Origin: Candidatus Omnitrophota bacterium
GTDB taxonomy: Bacteria; Omnitrophota; Gorgyraeia; Zapsychrales; Zapsychraceae
Assembly (NCBI GenBank): GCA_020429915.1
Contig: JAGQKV010000001.1
Span: 28,971 to 92,970, forward strand
Direction of reading: 5' to 3'
Length of the DNA: 64,000 nt
A program made the translations under genes and the position numbers. A model generated the notes under the pieces. The model did not search any database. It worked only from the letters and a program-made list of their open reading frames with translations, and was not told the DNA's origin. Below, in pieces: positions 1 through 9,355 of the stretch. Position 1 is the stretch's first letter, and each line of letters begins with the position of its first letter.

Positions 1-2
1 TG

Positions 3-1010
3 CCTGAAAAGCCGAACAAGTACAAGTCCAAGAAGTCGGCGCAGGAGGCGCACGAGGCGATCCGACCGACGGACCTGGCACTGACGCCGGAAATTGTGGC
101 CAAGTACGTGGAGAAGGACCAGTACAAGCTTTACGAATTAATTTACAACAAGTTTGTGAGCTGTCAGATGGTCCCGGCGGTGTATGAGTATAAAAAGATG
201 GAGATCGCCGCCGGCAAGTACCAGTTCGGCGCCTCCGGTTCCACGCTGAAGTTCGACGGCTATCTCGCCGTCGACCGTGAGGCGCGCGAGGAGGAGAAGA
301 AGATCGACTTCTCTCACTTTTCCAAGGACGACAAGCTCAACGTCGAAGAGATCAAGCCCACACAGCATTTCACCAAACCCCCTCCGCGTTATTCGGACGC
401 GAGTCTGGTCAAGGCCTTGGAAGAAGACGGGATCGGTCGGCCGAGTACCTACGCTTCGATCATCTCCACTTTGGTCCTGCGCAACTATGTCCTGCGCGAC
501 CGCGGCTATCTGAAGCCGACCGAGTTGGGGATCATGATCTGCGAGCTGCTCGTGGAGTATTTCGCCAAGATCATGGACGTCGGCTTTACCGCCGAGATGG
601 AGGAAAAACTCGACCTGATCGAGGAAGGCAAACTCGGTTATCCGGAGCTGCTCGAAAAGTTCTATGGCAACTTCAAGGAGGAGCTCGATCACGCGGAAGA
701 GAGTATCGTCAAGACACAGAATTTTATAGACCGGGATTGCCCTGAGTGCGGTAAAAAACTGGTCATCAAGTGGGGACGGCGCGGCAAGTTCATCAGCTGT
801 TCGGGATTTCCGGACTGCAAGCACGCGGAACCCTTCACCGCGGGCGTAAAATGCCCCGAGGAAGGCTGTGATGGTGAGCTGGTGCAGCGGCGCTCCCGGC
901 GCGGTTCTTTTTACGGTTGTACCAATTATCCCAAGTGCACATACGTGACCCGGGAATTGCCGAAGAAGGAGGGCGAACAATCTGCGGAATCCTCCTCCGG
1001 CGATGAGTGA
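3..1010 (+). CDS. topA: DNA topoisomerase I, C-terminal part (5' end lies outside the window); includes C-terminal Cys4 zinc-ribbon repeats
   Basis: Frame is open back to nt 3 (PEKPNKYKSKKSAQEAHEAIRPTDLALTPE...). Contains the PPPRYSDASLVKALEEDGIGRPSTYASII topoisomerase IA motif and CPECG / CSGFPDCKH / CPEEGC...CTNYPKC zinc ribbons. The ORF track starts it at GTG 96, but the gene is 5'-truncated by the window edge. Confidence 0.9.
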   Translation, partial: PEKPNKYKSKKSAQEAHEAIRPTDLALTPEIVAKYVEKDQYKLYELIYNKFVSCQMVPAVYEYKKMEIAAGKYQFGASGSTLKFDGYLAVDREAREEEKKIDFSHFSKDDKLNVEEIKPTQHFTKPPPRYSDASLVKALEEDGIGRPSTYASIISTLVLRNYVLRDRGYLKPTELGIMICELLVEYFAKIMDVGFTAEMEEKLDLIEEGKLGYPELLEKFYGNFKEELDHAEESIVKTQNFIDRDCPECGKKLVIKWGRRGKFISCSGFPDCKHAEPFTAGVKCPEEGCDGELVQRRSRRGSFYGCTNYPKCTYVTRELPKKEGEQSAESSSGDE

Positions 1011-1029
1011 CGCCCGTTAATGAGGCCTT

Positions 1030-1890
1030 ATGAACCGCTATGTCCGAAAATTCATCTCCTATCTTGAGGTCGAAAAAAACTACTCTCCGCACACCATCCA
1101 AAACTACACCTCGGACTTGGAGTACTTTCTGAATTTTATCGAGAAGACGCCGGTGACCAAGGTCGACTATCAGCTGTTGCGCAAGTATCTCGCGCATCTG
1201 CGCGGCCGGCAGTTGAAGCCCCGGTCCCTGGCCCGCAAGCTATCCACCCTGCGCAGCTTCTACAAATTCCTTTTTCGCGAGGGGATCATCGATGACAGTC
1301 CTGCCGCGCTCTTGATGTCGCCCAAACTCGACAAGACCCTGCCCAAATTTTTAAGCGAGGACGAAATGGTCGCCCTGATTGAGGCCCCGGACCTGAAAAG
1401 TGTGTCGGGCAAACGGGACCGGGCGATCCTGGAGACGCTGTATTCGACTGGCATCCGGGTCAGTGAGCTGGTCGGCATGAATATCGCTGACGTCGATTTG
1501 ATCGGCAATATCGCGCGGGTGCGCGGCAAGGGCAAGAAAGAACGGCTGGTCCCGATCGGCTCGAAAGCCGTGACCGCGATCAGGAAATATCTGGACGAAC
1601 GGCCAGACCGGCCCGAGGCCATGTTTCTCAACAAAAACAGGACGCGTTTGACCCGGCGCGGGGTGTACGATATCGCCGACAAATACATCAGACAAACCAG
1701 TACCAGCAAGGGAATTTCGCCGCACGTGCTGCGGCATTCGTTTGCCACGCATCTGCTCGATCACGGCGCGGACCTGCGCTCGGTTCAGGAATTGCTCGGG
1801 CATGTCAACCTCTCGACAACGCAGATCTATACCCACGTGTCCACGGATAAACTCAAGAAGATCTACGACAAGGCCCATCCCCGGGCATGA
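1030..1890 (+). CDS. Tyrosine site-specific recombinase, XerC/XerD family
   Basis: 286 aa. N-terminal SAM-like core-binding region, then a C-terminal catalytic region with HVLRHSFATHLL...LLGH...TQIYTHV (R-H-R-Y catalytic residues). I cannot separate XerC from XerD by eye. Confidence 0.85.
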   Translation: MNRYVRKFISYLEVEKNYSPHTIQNYTSDLEYFLNFIEKTPVTKVDYQLLRKYLAHLRGRQLKPRSLARKLSTLRSFYKFLFREGIIDDSPAALLMSPKLDKTLPKFLSEDEMVALIEAPDLKSVSGKRDRAILETLYSTGIRVSELVGMNIADVDLIGNIARVRGKGKKERLVPIGSKAVTAIRKYLDERPDRPEAMFLNKNRTRLTRRGVYDIADKYIRQTSTSKGISPHVLRHSFATHLLDHGADLRSVQELLGHVNLSTTQIYTHVSTDKLKKIYDKAHPRA

Positions 1891-1894
1891 CGCC

Positions 1895-3178
1895 ATGGCG
1901 ATCCTGTTTGACATCATATACGCGGTTCTCTTTGTCCTTTATTTGCCGGTTCTGAAGTGGAAGGGCAAGCTTCACGCCGGTTATCCGATGCGTATGGGAA
2001 GGATTCCGCCGGATATCCAACAAGCCTTAGCCACGAAACCGAATATCTGGATTCATGCCGTCAGTGTCGGGGAGGTCCTGGCAGTGGCCGATTTGATCGA
2101 CAAGCTGATGCAACGCTTCCCCGATAAGCGCGTCGTATGTTCGGTCGTGACCGATACCGGCTATGCGGTCGCCCGGGAGAAGCTGCCCGGAGGGGTACAG
2201 GTGATCTACGCGCCGCTCGATTTCAGTTGGGTCGTTCGCCGATTCGTGAAGCTCATCCGGCCGGAGATCTATATCTTTGCCGAGACTGAGATCTGGCCGA
2301 ACCTGTTCGATCACCTGCACGCCGCCGGCGTGCCGATGATCCAGGTCAACGGCCGTATCTCCGACAAATCCTTCGGCGGATACAAACGGTTGCGTCCGGT
2401 GACGCGGCGGGTCCTCGGCAAGGTCGACCGCTTTCTGATGCAGTCGCAAACGGACGCCGACCGGATCTGCGAACTCGGCGCGCACCCAGCTGCAGTCCGG
2501 GTCCCCGGCAATCTGAAATTCGACAGTTTGCCCGAGGCAGTGGTGCCCGATCCGGCCCGTTTCGGTCTGGGAACAACGGACCAACCGCTGATCGCCGGCA
2601 GCACCCATCCGGGCGAGGAGGAAATACTGCTAGACGTGTTCGCAGTGTTGAAGCAGGCTCATCCGGCGGCCCGGCTGATTATCTGCCCGCGGCATGTGAC
2701 GCGTTGCGACGAAGTCCTGAGTCTGATCCGCGGCCGGGATATGACCGGCGTCGCGTTGAGCGCGGCACAGGAAACCGGTGCTCCTGCGGACGCGGTCATT
2801 GTGGTCGATACCATGGGGCAGCTGCGGGATTTGTACAGCGTGGCGCGGGTAGTCTTCGTCGGCAAGACGTTCACGGTCCAGGGCGGTCAAAACATGATCG
2901 AACCCGGCTTCTTCGGCAAGCCGGTGATCGTCGGACCGTACACGCAAAACTTCAAAGACGTGATGACGATTTTTAAACGCGAGAAGGCCATCGTGCAAGT
3001 GAATGATCCGGACGAATTGCGAGAGGAACTGCTGGATATCTGGGACAATGCTATCCGCCGTGAGTCGCTCGGGATGGCGGCCAGGCGGGTGGTGGAGAAG
3101 TTTCAGGGGGCCACCGAGAAGACATTACTCGAGATCGAAACATTGGGACCGGGACGCCAGGATGCGGCGATACATTAG
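1895..3178 (+). CDS. waaA: 3-deoxy-D-manno-octulosonic acid (Kdo) transferase WaaA/KdtA
   Basis: In-frame ATG at 1895 just after the xer stop. Protein MAILFDIIYAVLFVLYLPVLKWKGK...IWIHAVSVGEV...GGQNMIEPG matches the KdtA N- and C-terminal motifs. The track ORF starts earlier at 1742 and overlaps xer, which is unlikely to be real. Confidence 0.85.
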   Translation: MAILFDIIYAVLFVLYLPVLKWKGKLHAGYPMRMGRIPPDIQQALATKPNIWIHAVSVGEVLAVADLIDKLMQRFPDKRVVCSVVTDTGYAVAREKLPGGVQVIYAPLDFSWVVRRFVKLIRPEIYIFAETEIWPNLFDHLHAAGVPMIQVNGRISDKSFGGYKRLRPVTRRVLGKVDRFLMQSQTDADRICELGAHPAAVRVPGNLKFDSLPEAVVPDPARFGLGTTDQPLIAGSTHPGEEEILLDVFAVLKQAHPAARLIICPRHVTRCDEVLSLIRGRDMTGVALSAAQETGAPADAVIVVDTMGQLRDLYSVARVVFVGKTFTVQGGQNMIEPGFFGKPVIVGPYTQNFKDVMTIFKREKAIVQVNDPDELREELLDIWDNAIRRESLGMAARRVVEKFQGATEKTLLEIETLGPGRQDAAIH

Positions 3179-4217
3179 CGCACTCATGCATGACGAGCGC
3201 CGGGGAACCGTCGACGCGCTGCCCAAGGCATTGTTATGGATGTTGTCCGTCGTATACGGACTGTTCATGCGCGGACGCAACTTGGCGTATGATCGCGGAT
3301 GGAAACCATCCTCCGATGTCGGAGTTCCGGTCATCAGCGTCGGAAATATCACGATGGGTGGGGCGGGCAAGACCCCGCTGGTTGTTTATATTGCGCGTGA
3401 AATCGTCCGGGCCGGCGGCAAACCCGTGGTCTTGCTGCGCGGTTACATGCAACAGGATCGTTCCGCCACGGACAGCGACGAGGCCGAAGTGATCCGCCGC
3501 AAGGTCCCGGGCATCGACGTTATCACCGGGGCCGACCGGGTGGGTCGTGCCCGCGATTATTTGAAGCAGGCGCAGTGTGACGTTTTTATCCTTGATGACG
3601 CATTTCAACACCGTAAAATTAAACGACGGCTGGATATCGTCGTCATCGACGCCCTGAATCCGTTCGGTAACGGGCAGGTTATCCCCCGCGGGATTCTGCG
3701 GGAACCGCTTGGCGGTTTGGGCCGAGCCGATCTCACCGTGGTGACCCGGACGGACCTAAATGCCGGGGCGCTGCCGGAGATTGAAAATACACTGAAGACG
3801 CGGGGCAGGCAATCTTCGTCCATTCACTCGGTGCACCGGGCGGAGGGGTTCGTCAATCTAAAGAGCGGCGAAAGACGGGACGTCAACGGTTTTGCCGGCA
3901 ATCCGGCCGTCGCTTTTTGCGGCTTGGGGAATCCGGACGGTTTTCGCCGTACGTTGGAAGCCCTGCGCGTGGATTTACGGCACTTCGTGGCTTTTGAGGA
4001 TCATCATCGCTATACGGCGGGAGATTTTCAAATGTTGACGTCGCAGGCGGCCGAGAGCGACACGAAAGTGCTATTAACGACGTTGAAGGATGCGGTCAAG
4101 TTGACGGCGATCAAGGGGTTGCCGCTCGACCGCATTTACTATCTTGATATCGGGATTGAGATAACCCATGGGAAAGACGAACTCACAGATCGAATCCATA
4201 GCGTACTACGCGGTTAG
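3162..4217 (+). CDS. lpxK: Tetraacyldisaccharide 4'-kinase LpxK
   Basis: ATG at 3162 overlaps the waaA stop by 17 nt. ISVGNITMGGAGKTP is the LpxK P-loop signature. About 351 aa. Confidence 0.85.
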   Translation: MRRYISALMHDERRGTVDALPKALLWMLSVVYGLFMRGRNLAYDRGWKPSSDVGVPVISVGNITMGGAGKTPLVVYIAREIVRAGGKPVVLLRGYMQQDRSATDSDEAEVIRRKVPGIDVITGADRVGRARDYLKQAQCDVFILDDAFQHRKIKRRLDIVVIDALNPFGNGQVIPRGILREPLGGLGRADLTVVTRTDLNAGALPEIENTLKTRGRQSSSIHSVHRAEGFVNLKSGERRDVNGFAGNPAVAFCGLGNPDGFRRTLEALRVDLRHFVAFEDHHRYTAGDFQMLTSQAAESDTKVLLTTLKDAVKLTAIKGLPLDRIYYLDIGIEITHGKDELTDRIHSVLRG

Positions 4218-6150
4218 AGCAATCGCCGGCATCCTGCGCCGGCTGCCGGTGAATGCCGCGCTGGCATTCGGCCGGGGAGTGGGCTGGTTCATGTTTTACG
4301 TGGACCGCCGTCACAAGGAACTGGCCTTTGCCAATGTCACCAAGGCCCTCGGCCATGAAAAGTCTCCCCGTGAGATTCGCGCTATTGTTAAGAAATTGTA
4401 CAAGAACATCGGCATGAATATCGTCGAGCTGTTCCGGCTCAAAGACATGACCCAAGAGCTCTACGACAAGTACGTGGATTGCGAAGGCCCGCCCCATATC
4501 GACCAGGCCGTGAAGGAAGGTCGCGGCTGTATCCTGCTGGCCATGCACATGGGCAACTGGGAACTGGCCAATATCTACTGCGCGCTGCACGGTATTCCGT
4601 ACAAGGTCCTGGTCCGCCCGCAACCCGGATGGGACCGTTTGAACGACCTGCTCAATTCGTACCGTTCCTGCAACGGGGCCGTCGTCGTTAAACGGGGGGG
4701 CGGGACGCGGGAACTGATCAAGAGTCTGAAAGACAATCAGGTGATTGCCATGGTCGTCGATCAAGGCGGACGCCAGGGCGTGCGTGTTCCGTTCTTCGGC
4801 CGCAAGGCCTCAATGTCGTCGGGTGCCATCCGCATTGCGATGAAAATGAACGTGCCGGTGCTGGTGTCGATCATCACGCGCAAGAACGGCGCTTATCATC
4901 AGGTCAAGGCCTTTCCCAAACTGGACCTCGTCGACACCGGGAATCCCGAGCAGGATGTCGAGGCCAATCTCAAACAAGCCATCAAAATATTCGAGGATTA
5001 TGTCCGGCAGAATCCCGATGAGTACGTGTGGACATACAAGGTCTGGAAGTATTCCGACCAGAGCAATATCACCATCCTCTATGACGGACGGACCGGTCAT
5101 CTGCGTCAGTCGCAGGCCGTGGCCAAATGGACACAGAAGGCGCTGGAGGAGCGCGGCATCGCATCCGAGGTCAACGTCTGTGAAATCCGTTACCGCAGCA
5201 AAAAGCACCGGACCTGGTTCGCCGTCCTGTATCAGGCGTTCGGCTGGTTTTTACGTTACGGCCGGCACGACATTTTGCAGCGTTTTATCACCGAGGAAAG
5301 TTATCGTTCCTTGAACCGGGTTCGCAGTGACTATATCATTTCCACCGGCACCGGGGTGGCCCCGCTGAATCATCTTCTGAGCCGCAATCTGCAGGCCAAG
5401 AGCGTGGCGATCCTCAAACCCGGACTGATGCACACCAACAAGTTCGACCTGGTCTTTCTTCCGCAGCACGACGTCGTTTCGGACGAGTACATCAGTGAGA
5501 AGGTGCGGATCGTACGCGGCGCGCCTAATCTGGTCACACCGGAGTACCTCGAAGAGCACAAGCAGCGGTTGTTGAAGAGATTTTCCCACTTGAAAACCAA
5601 GGTCCGTTTTAAGATCGGGCTGCTGATCGGCGGCGACGCCAAAGGGATGTACGTGGGCGAGGACCAGGTGCGGCTGATTTTGCGGCAGATCAAGGAGGCG
5701 CAAAAGGCCATTGATGCCGACCTGCTGGTCACCTCATCGCGGCGGACCCCCGCCTTTATTGATCAGCTCCTGGTTCGTCAACTGCGCAAGGACCCGCGGT
5801 GTCCGCTGCTGATTCTGCCCAACCGGGAGGACGTGCCGGAGGCGATCGGCGGGATCCTCGCGCTGTGCGATTTGCTGATCGTGTCCGGTGATAGCATCTC
5901 GATGGTCTCGGAAGCGGCCAGCTCCGGCAAAAAGACGATTGTCTTCTTTCCCAAGACCCAGGAAGTCCTGCTCCACGCAGGCAACAAGCACTGGAAGTTC
6001 ATCAATAAACTCAATGATCAAGGATACGTGCTCGCATCGCAGGCCAAGGATGTCGGGCGTTCGATTTTTGACATCGTCAAACAGAAGATCAATACCCGGC
6101 CCCTGGATGACAACAAGACCATTCTGAAGGCCGTCCGTAAAATTATTTAA
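4168..6150 (+). CDS. Fusion protein: N-terminal lipid A biosynthesis (Kdo2-lipid IVA) acyltransferase LpxL/HtrB-family domain + C-terminal ELM1/DUF1022-like domain
   Basis: 660 aa continuous ORF. Residues 1-~300 resemble LpxL/LpxM acyltransferases (N-terminal TM segment, RRHKELAFANVTKAL...; HMGNWE, the HX4D-type acyltransferase motif). Residues ~310-660 carry ITILYDGRTGHLRQSQAV..., which resembles the bacterial 'mitochondrial fission ELM1' family (DGKPGHxNQ motif). Family assignment of the C-terminal half is from memory, not a search. Confidence 0.7.
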   Translation: MGKTNSQIESIAYYAVRAIAGILRRLPVNAALAFGRGVGWFMFYVDRRHKELAFANVTKALGHEKSPREIRAIVKKLYKNIGMNIVELFRLKDMTQELYDKYVDCEGPPHIDQAVKEGRGCILLAMHMGNWELANIYCALHGIPYKVLVRPQPGWDRLNDLLNSYRSCNGAVVVKRGGGTRELIKSLKDNQVIAMVVDQGGRQGVRVPFFGRKASMSSGAIRIAMKMNVPVLVSIITRKNGAYHQVKAFPKLDLVDTGNPEQDVEANLKQAIKIFEDYVRQNPDEYVWTYKVWKYSDQSNITILYDGRTGHLRQSQAVAKWTQKALEERGIASEVNVCEIRYRSKKHRTWFAVLYQAFGWFLRYGRHDILQRFITEESYRSLNRVRSDYIISTGTGVAPLNHLLSRNLQAKSVAILKPGLMHTNKFDLVFLPQHDVVSDEYISEKVRIVRGAPNLVTPEYLEEHKQRLLKRFSHLKTKVRFKIGLLIGGDAKGMYVGEDQVRLILRQIKEAQKAIDADLLVTSSRRTPAFIDQLLVRQLRKDPRCPLLILPNREDVPEAIGGILALCDLLIVSGDSISMVSEAASSGKKTIVFFPKTQEVLLHAGNKHWKFINKLNDQGYVLASQAKDVGRSIFDIVKQKINTRPLDDNKTILKAVRKII

Positions 6151-6165
6151 CTGAGATATCAGGGC

Positions 6166-8259
6166 ATGCACATTTTACAGATTCTCCCCGAGCTGAACGT
6201 CGGGGGTGTCGAAACCGGAACCGTTGATTTTGCCAATTATTTGGTCGAAAACGGACACAAGTCGGTGGTGATCTCCAACGGCGGTCGCCTCGTCGATAAA
6301 CTGGAAGAACAGGGATCGACGCATTACACACTGCCCGTACATAAGAAATCATTGATGACGGCGTGGCGTATGATCGAGAAAGTACGCGAGATTATTCATG
6401 CCGAAAAGATTCAGATCGTCCACGCCCGTTCACGGGTGCCGGCCTGGATCGCTTACTTCGCCTGCCGCAAAACCAGGGCGATGTACATCACCACCTGCCA
6501 CGGATTTTACCGGCATCCATGGTACAGCCAGGTGATGGGGTGGTCGAAGCTCGTCATCGTGCCCAGCGAGGCCATCGCCCGGCACATGATCGATACTTAT
6601 CATGTCCCGGCCGAACGCATCCGATGTATTCCGCGCAGCGTGGACATGACGCGCTTCGAAGGGATCAAGCGACGCAAGCGCAAAGACGGCAGCTTCGTGG
6701 TCACGATCCTCGGCCGGCTGACGCCGTTGAAGGGGCATCCGTATTTTCTGCAGGCGATGGCGCGTGTGATGCGTCAGGTCCCGCATGTGAAGATTTGGGT
6801 GATCGGCGACGCGCCGCAAAAGAAGCCGGAGTATCGCGAGGAATTGGAGAAGCAGGCCGCGCGACTGGGGCTGCGCAACAATATCGAGTTTTTGGGCAAC
6901 CGGGCTGACGTCCCGCAGCTGTTGGCGCAAACCGACGTGCTGTGCTTTGCCTCGACCGAACCGGAATCCTTCGGACGGGCCATTGTGGAGGCCCAGGCGG
7001 CGCATGTCCCGGTGGTCGCGACCAAGGTCGGAGGCGTACTCGATATCATCGAAGACGGTGATACCGGATACTTGGTCCTGCCCAAAGATGCGGCCGCGAT
7101 GGCCGACAAGGTGCTGCATATCTACCAGCATCCGAAGGAAGCGAGGCGTATTTCCGAAGCCGCCTATACCAAGGTTAAGGAAAATTACACCATCGACCAC
7201 ATGGCAGGGCGTACGCTGAAGGTTTATAAAGAAATGCTGCGTATGGTCAATATTCTGGTCCTGAAGATCAGCGCGATCGGGGACGTGGTCCTGGTCACCG
7301 CCTCGCTTAAGGCCATACGCCAGAAGTATCCGCGGGCCAAGATTTATTGTCTGGTCGGGACCGAGTCGCGCAAGATTCTCAGCAACTGTCCCTATCTCGA
7401 CGGGATCATCGTTTACGATCACCGGGGCAAGGAGCGCGGCTACTGGCCGCTATGGAAGCTGTCCCGGAAACTGCGCGGCTACCGTTTCGACATGGCGATT
7501 GATTTTCAGAACAACCGCAAGAGCCACCTGCTCGCATTCTTGAGTATGGCGCGGGAGACATACGGATTCGATAACGGCAAATGGTCGGGCTTGCTGACCG
7601 ATCCTGTCCCCAACGACAGGCCGGACCTCCCGGCCGTGGCGCATCAGTTTCAGGTGTTGCAGGAACTTAAGATCAACTATGACCCGGATCAGCGTCTGGA
7701 GCTGTGGCCGACCAAACAGGACCGCCAGTACGTAGACGCGTTCTTCGATGAGGAATGGCTGGGTAACGCGCGCAATATCGTCGGTATCAATATCGCGGCA
7801 TCCCCGAAGTGGGGGACCAAGAACTGGCCGCCTGAGTATATCGCGGAATTGTGCGACAAGCTGGCCGCCAAGAATGTCCGGGTGATCCTGACCGGATCGG
7901 ACCGCGACCGGGAACTGGCCAAGTATATTCAGGAAAATGCCAAGTCCAAACCCACGGTGAGCGCGGGTAAGACCGATATCCTGCAACTGGCGGCGCTGAT
8001 CGAACGCTGCCAGGTGTACATCACCCCGGATTCGGCGCCGCTGCACGTTGCCGCCGCCGTCCACACGCCGGTCATCGCGTTGTTCGGTCCGACCGATTCC
8101 CGGCGGCACGTTCCGCCAGCCGATCAGCTGGCGGTTTACCAGCGCAAAGTGCCCTGCGCTCCGTGTTATTCGGGGCAATGCAAAATCCGGACGCACGATT
8201 GTATGCGCGAGATCAAACCGGAACACATTTTCAAGAAGGTGATGTCGCTGATATCTTGA
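6166..8259 (+). CDS. Fusion glycosyltransferase: N-terminal GT4 (RfaG-like) domain + C-terminal GT9 (ADP-heptose:LPS heptosyltransferase-like) domain
   Basis: 697 aa, no internal stop. N-terminal half: MHILQILPELNVGGVETGTVDF... and EPESFGRAIVEAQAAHVPVVATKVGG (GT4 EX7E region). C-terminal half starts at internal MVNILVLKISAIGDVVLVTASLKAIRQKYP... (the GT9 ILVIRLSAIGD signature) and ends with YITPDSAPLHVAAAVHTPVIALFGPTD. Confidence 0.75.
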   Translation: MHILQILPELNVGGVETGTVDFANYLVENGHKSVVISNGGRLVDKLEEQGSTHYTLPVHKKSLMTAWRMIEKVREIIHAEKIQIVHARSRVPAWIAYFACRKTRAMYITTCHGFYRHPWYSQVMGWSKLVIVPSEAIARHMIDTYHVPAERIRCIPRSVDMTRFEGIKRRKRKDGSFVVTILGRLTPLKGHPYFLQAMARVMRQVPHVKIWVIGDAPQKKPEYREELEKQAARLGLRNNIEFLGNRADVPQLLAQTDVLCFASTEPESFGRAIVEAQAAHVPVVATKVGGVLDIIEDGDTGYLVLPKDAAAMADKVLHIYQHPKEARRISEAAYTKVKENYTIDHMAGRTLKVYKEMLRMVNILVLKISAIGDVVLVTASLKAIRQKYPRAKIYCLVGTESRKILSNCPYLDGIIVYDHRGKERGYWPLWKLSRKLRGYRFDMAIDFQNNRKSHLLAFLSMARETYGFDNGKWSGLLTDPVPNDRPDLPAVAHQFQVLQELKINYDPDQRLELWPTKQDRQYVDAFFDEEWLGNARNIVGINIAASPKWGTKNWPPEYIAELCDKLAAKNVRVILTGSDRDRELAKYIQENAKSKPTVSAGKTDILQLAALIERCQVYITPDSAPLHVAAAVHTPVIALFGPTDSRRHVPPADQLAVYQRKVPCAPCYSGQCKIRTHDCMREIKPEHIFKKVMSLIS

Positions 8260-8260
8260 T

Positions 8261-9352
8261 ATGAACGTGATGCTTTTAACAACTCATTTGAATGCCGGGG
8301 GGATCACCAGTTATCTGCAGACCCTTTGCCGTGGACTGACTGCCGACGGGCACGGCGTGTGGTTGGTTTCGTCGGGCGGTGAGCGCGCAGGCGATTTTCA
8401 AGCCATGGGCTGCCGGCTGGTAACGCGGGATATCAAGACCAAATCCGAGGTCAGTCCGAAAATCTATGCTGTCCTGGGTGAGCTCAAAGACATCATTCTG
8501 CGGGAGAAAATCGAGGTGTTGCACGCACACACCCGGATCACCCAGGTGATGGCGGCCTGGTTACGGCGCATGAGCGGCCGGCCCAACATAGCGACCTGTC
8601 ATGGATTCTTTAAGACGCGCTGGAACCGGAGATTGTTTCCGTGCTGGGGTATCCGGACGATTGCGATCAGCGAACCCGTGGTACGGCATTTGACCGGGGA
8701 CTTTCGTTGCCCGCCGGAGACGGTCAAGTTGATCCCCAACGGCATAGACCTGGAACGTTTTTTTGTGGCGGCGGACGAAGATCGCACGGCCTGTCGGGAA
8801 CGCCACGGCCTGGGTGACGAACCGGTCGTCGGAATTATCGCGCGATTATCCGACGTGAAGGGGATCGATATCCTGATCGAGACAATCCCCCGGGTCAAAG
8901 AACGGATTCCTGAGGTAAAACTTGTCATCATGGGGGAGGGCCGCGAGGAACAGGCCTTGAAAGATCTGGTTCGCCAACGGCACCTGGAAGGCACGGTCCG
9001 CTTTTTTTCGGGCGTGGATGACATGGCGCTGTGCCTGAATATGTTTGACGTGTTCGTTATGCCGTCGCGGCAGGAGGGATTGGGGCTGTCGGTGCTGGAA
9101 GCCCAAGCGTGCGGATTGTGCGTGGTTGCCTCGCGAGTCGGCGGTTTGGTCTCCATCATCGAGGACGGAGAGACGGGATTTCTCGTCGACCCGGAGGACC
9201 CCGCAGTTCTGGCGGCGCGCATCACGGCCGTGTTGACCGACGATTTCACGCGCCGCAAGGTCGGCCGTCAGGCCCGCGCGCGGGTGGGCGAACATCACGC
9301 GGCGTCACGCATGGTGGCCGAGACCGTTAAGGTGTATCGGGAGGTAATATAA
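8261..9352 (+). CDS. Glycosyltransferase family 4 (LPS core/sugar transferase)
   Basis: 363 aa. MNVMLLTTHLNAGGITSYLQTL...; C-terminal PSRQEGLGLSVLEAQACGLCVVASRVGG has the GT4 E..E motif. Confidence 0.8.
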   Translation: MNVMLLTTHLNAGGITSYLQTLCRGLTADGHGVWLVSSGGERAGDFQAMGCRLVTRDIKTKSEVSPKIYAVLGELKDIILREKIEVLHAHTRITQVMAAWLRRMSGRPNIATCHGFFKTRWNRRLFPCWGIRTIAISEPVVRHLTGDFRCPPETVKLIPNGIDLERFFVAADEDRTACRERHGLGDEPVVGIIARLSDVKGIDILIETIPRVKERIPEVKLVIMGEGREEQALKDLVRQRHLEGTVRFFSGVDDMALCLNMFDVFVMPSRQEGLGLSVLEAQACGLCVVASRVGGLVSIIEDGETGFLVDPEDPAVLAARITAVLTDDFTRRKVGRQARARVGEHHAASRMVAETVKVYREVI

Positions 9353-9355
9353 ACG

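Noticed and set aside
138-980. 280-aa minus-strand ORF antisense to topA
   Set aside because: Entirely inside the strongly supported topA reading frame. Its product is Ala/Arg/Leu-rich, as expected for an antisense frame of a high-GC gene, and has no motifs. Shadow ORF.
1742-1894. 5' extensions of track ORFs (waaA from 1742, lpxK from 3003, kdsD from 14819, serA from 19705, proS from 29763, glgA from 50049, rho from 52051, murA from 55714)
   Set aside because: These upstream in-frame ATGs make the ORF overlap the preceding gene by 50-250 nt and add residues with no similarity to the family. Internal ATGs that abut or minimally overlap the upstream stop and begin with the conserved family N-terminus were preferred.
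6430-7422. 330-aa minus-strand ORF antisense to the GT4-GT9 fusion gene (similar long antisense ORFs at 34371..35360, 29198..29965, 12411..13106, 38750..39505)
   Set aside because: Each overlaps a + strand gene with clear family motifs and lies in an operon where all genes are + strand. The amino-acid composition is characteristic of antisense frames in ~60% GC DNA.
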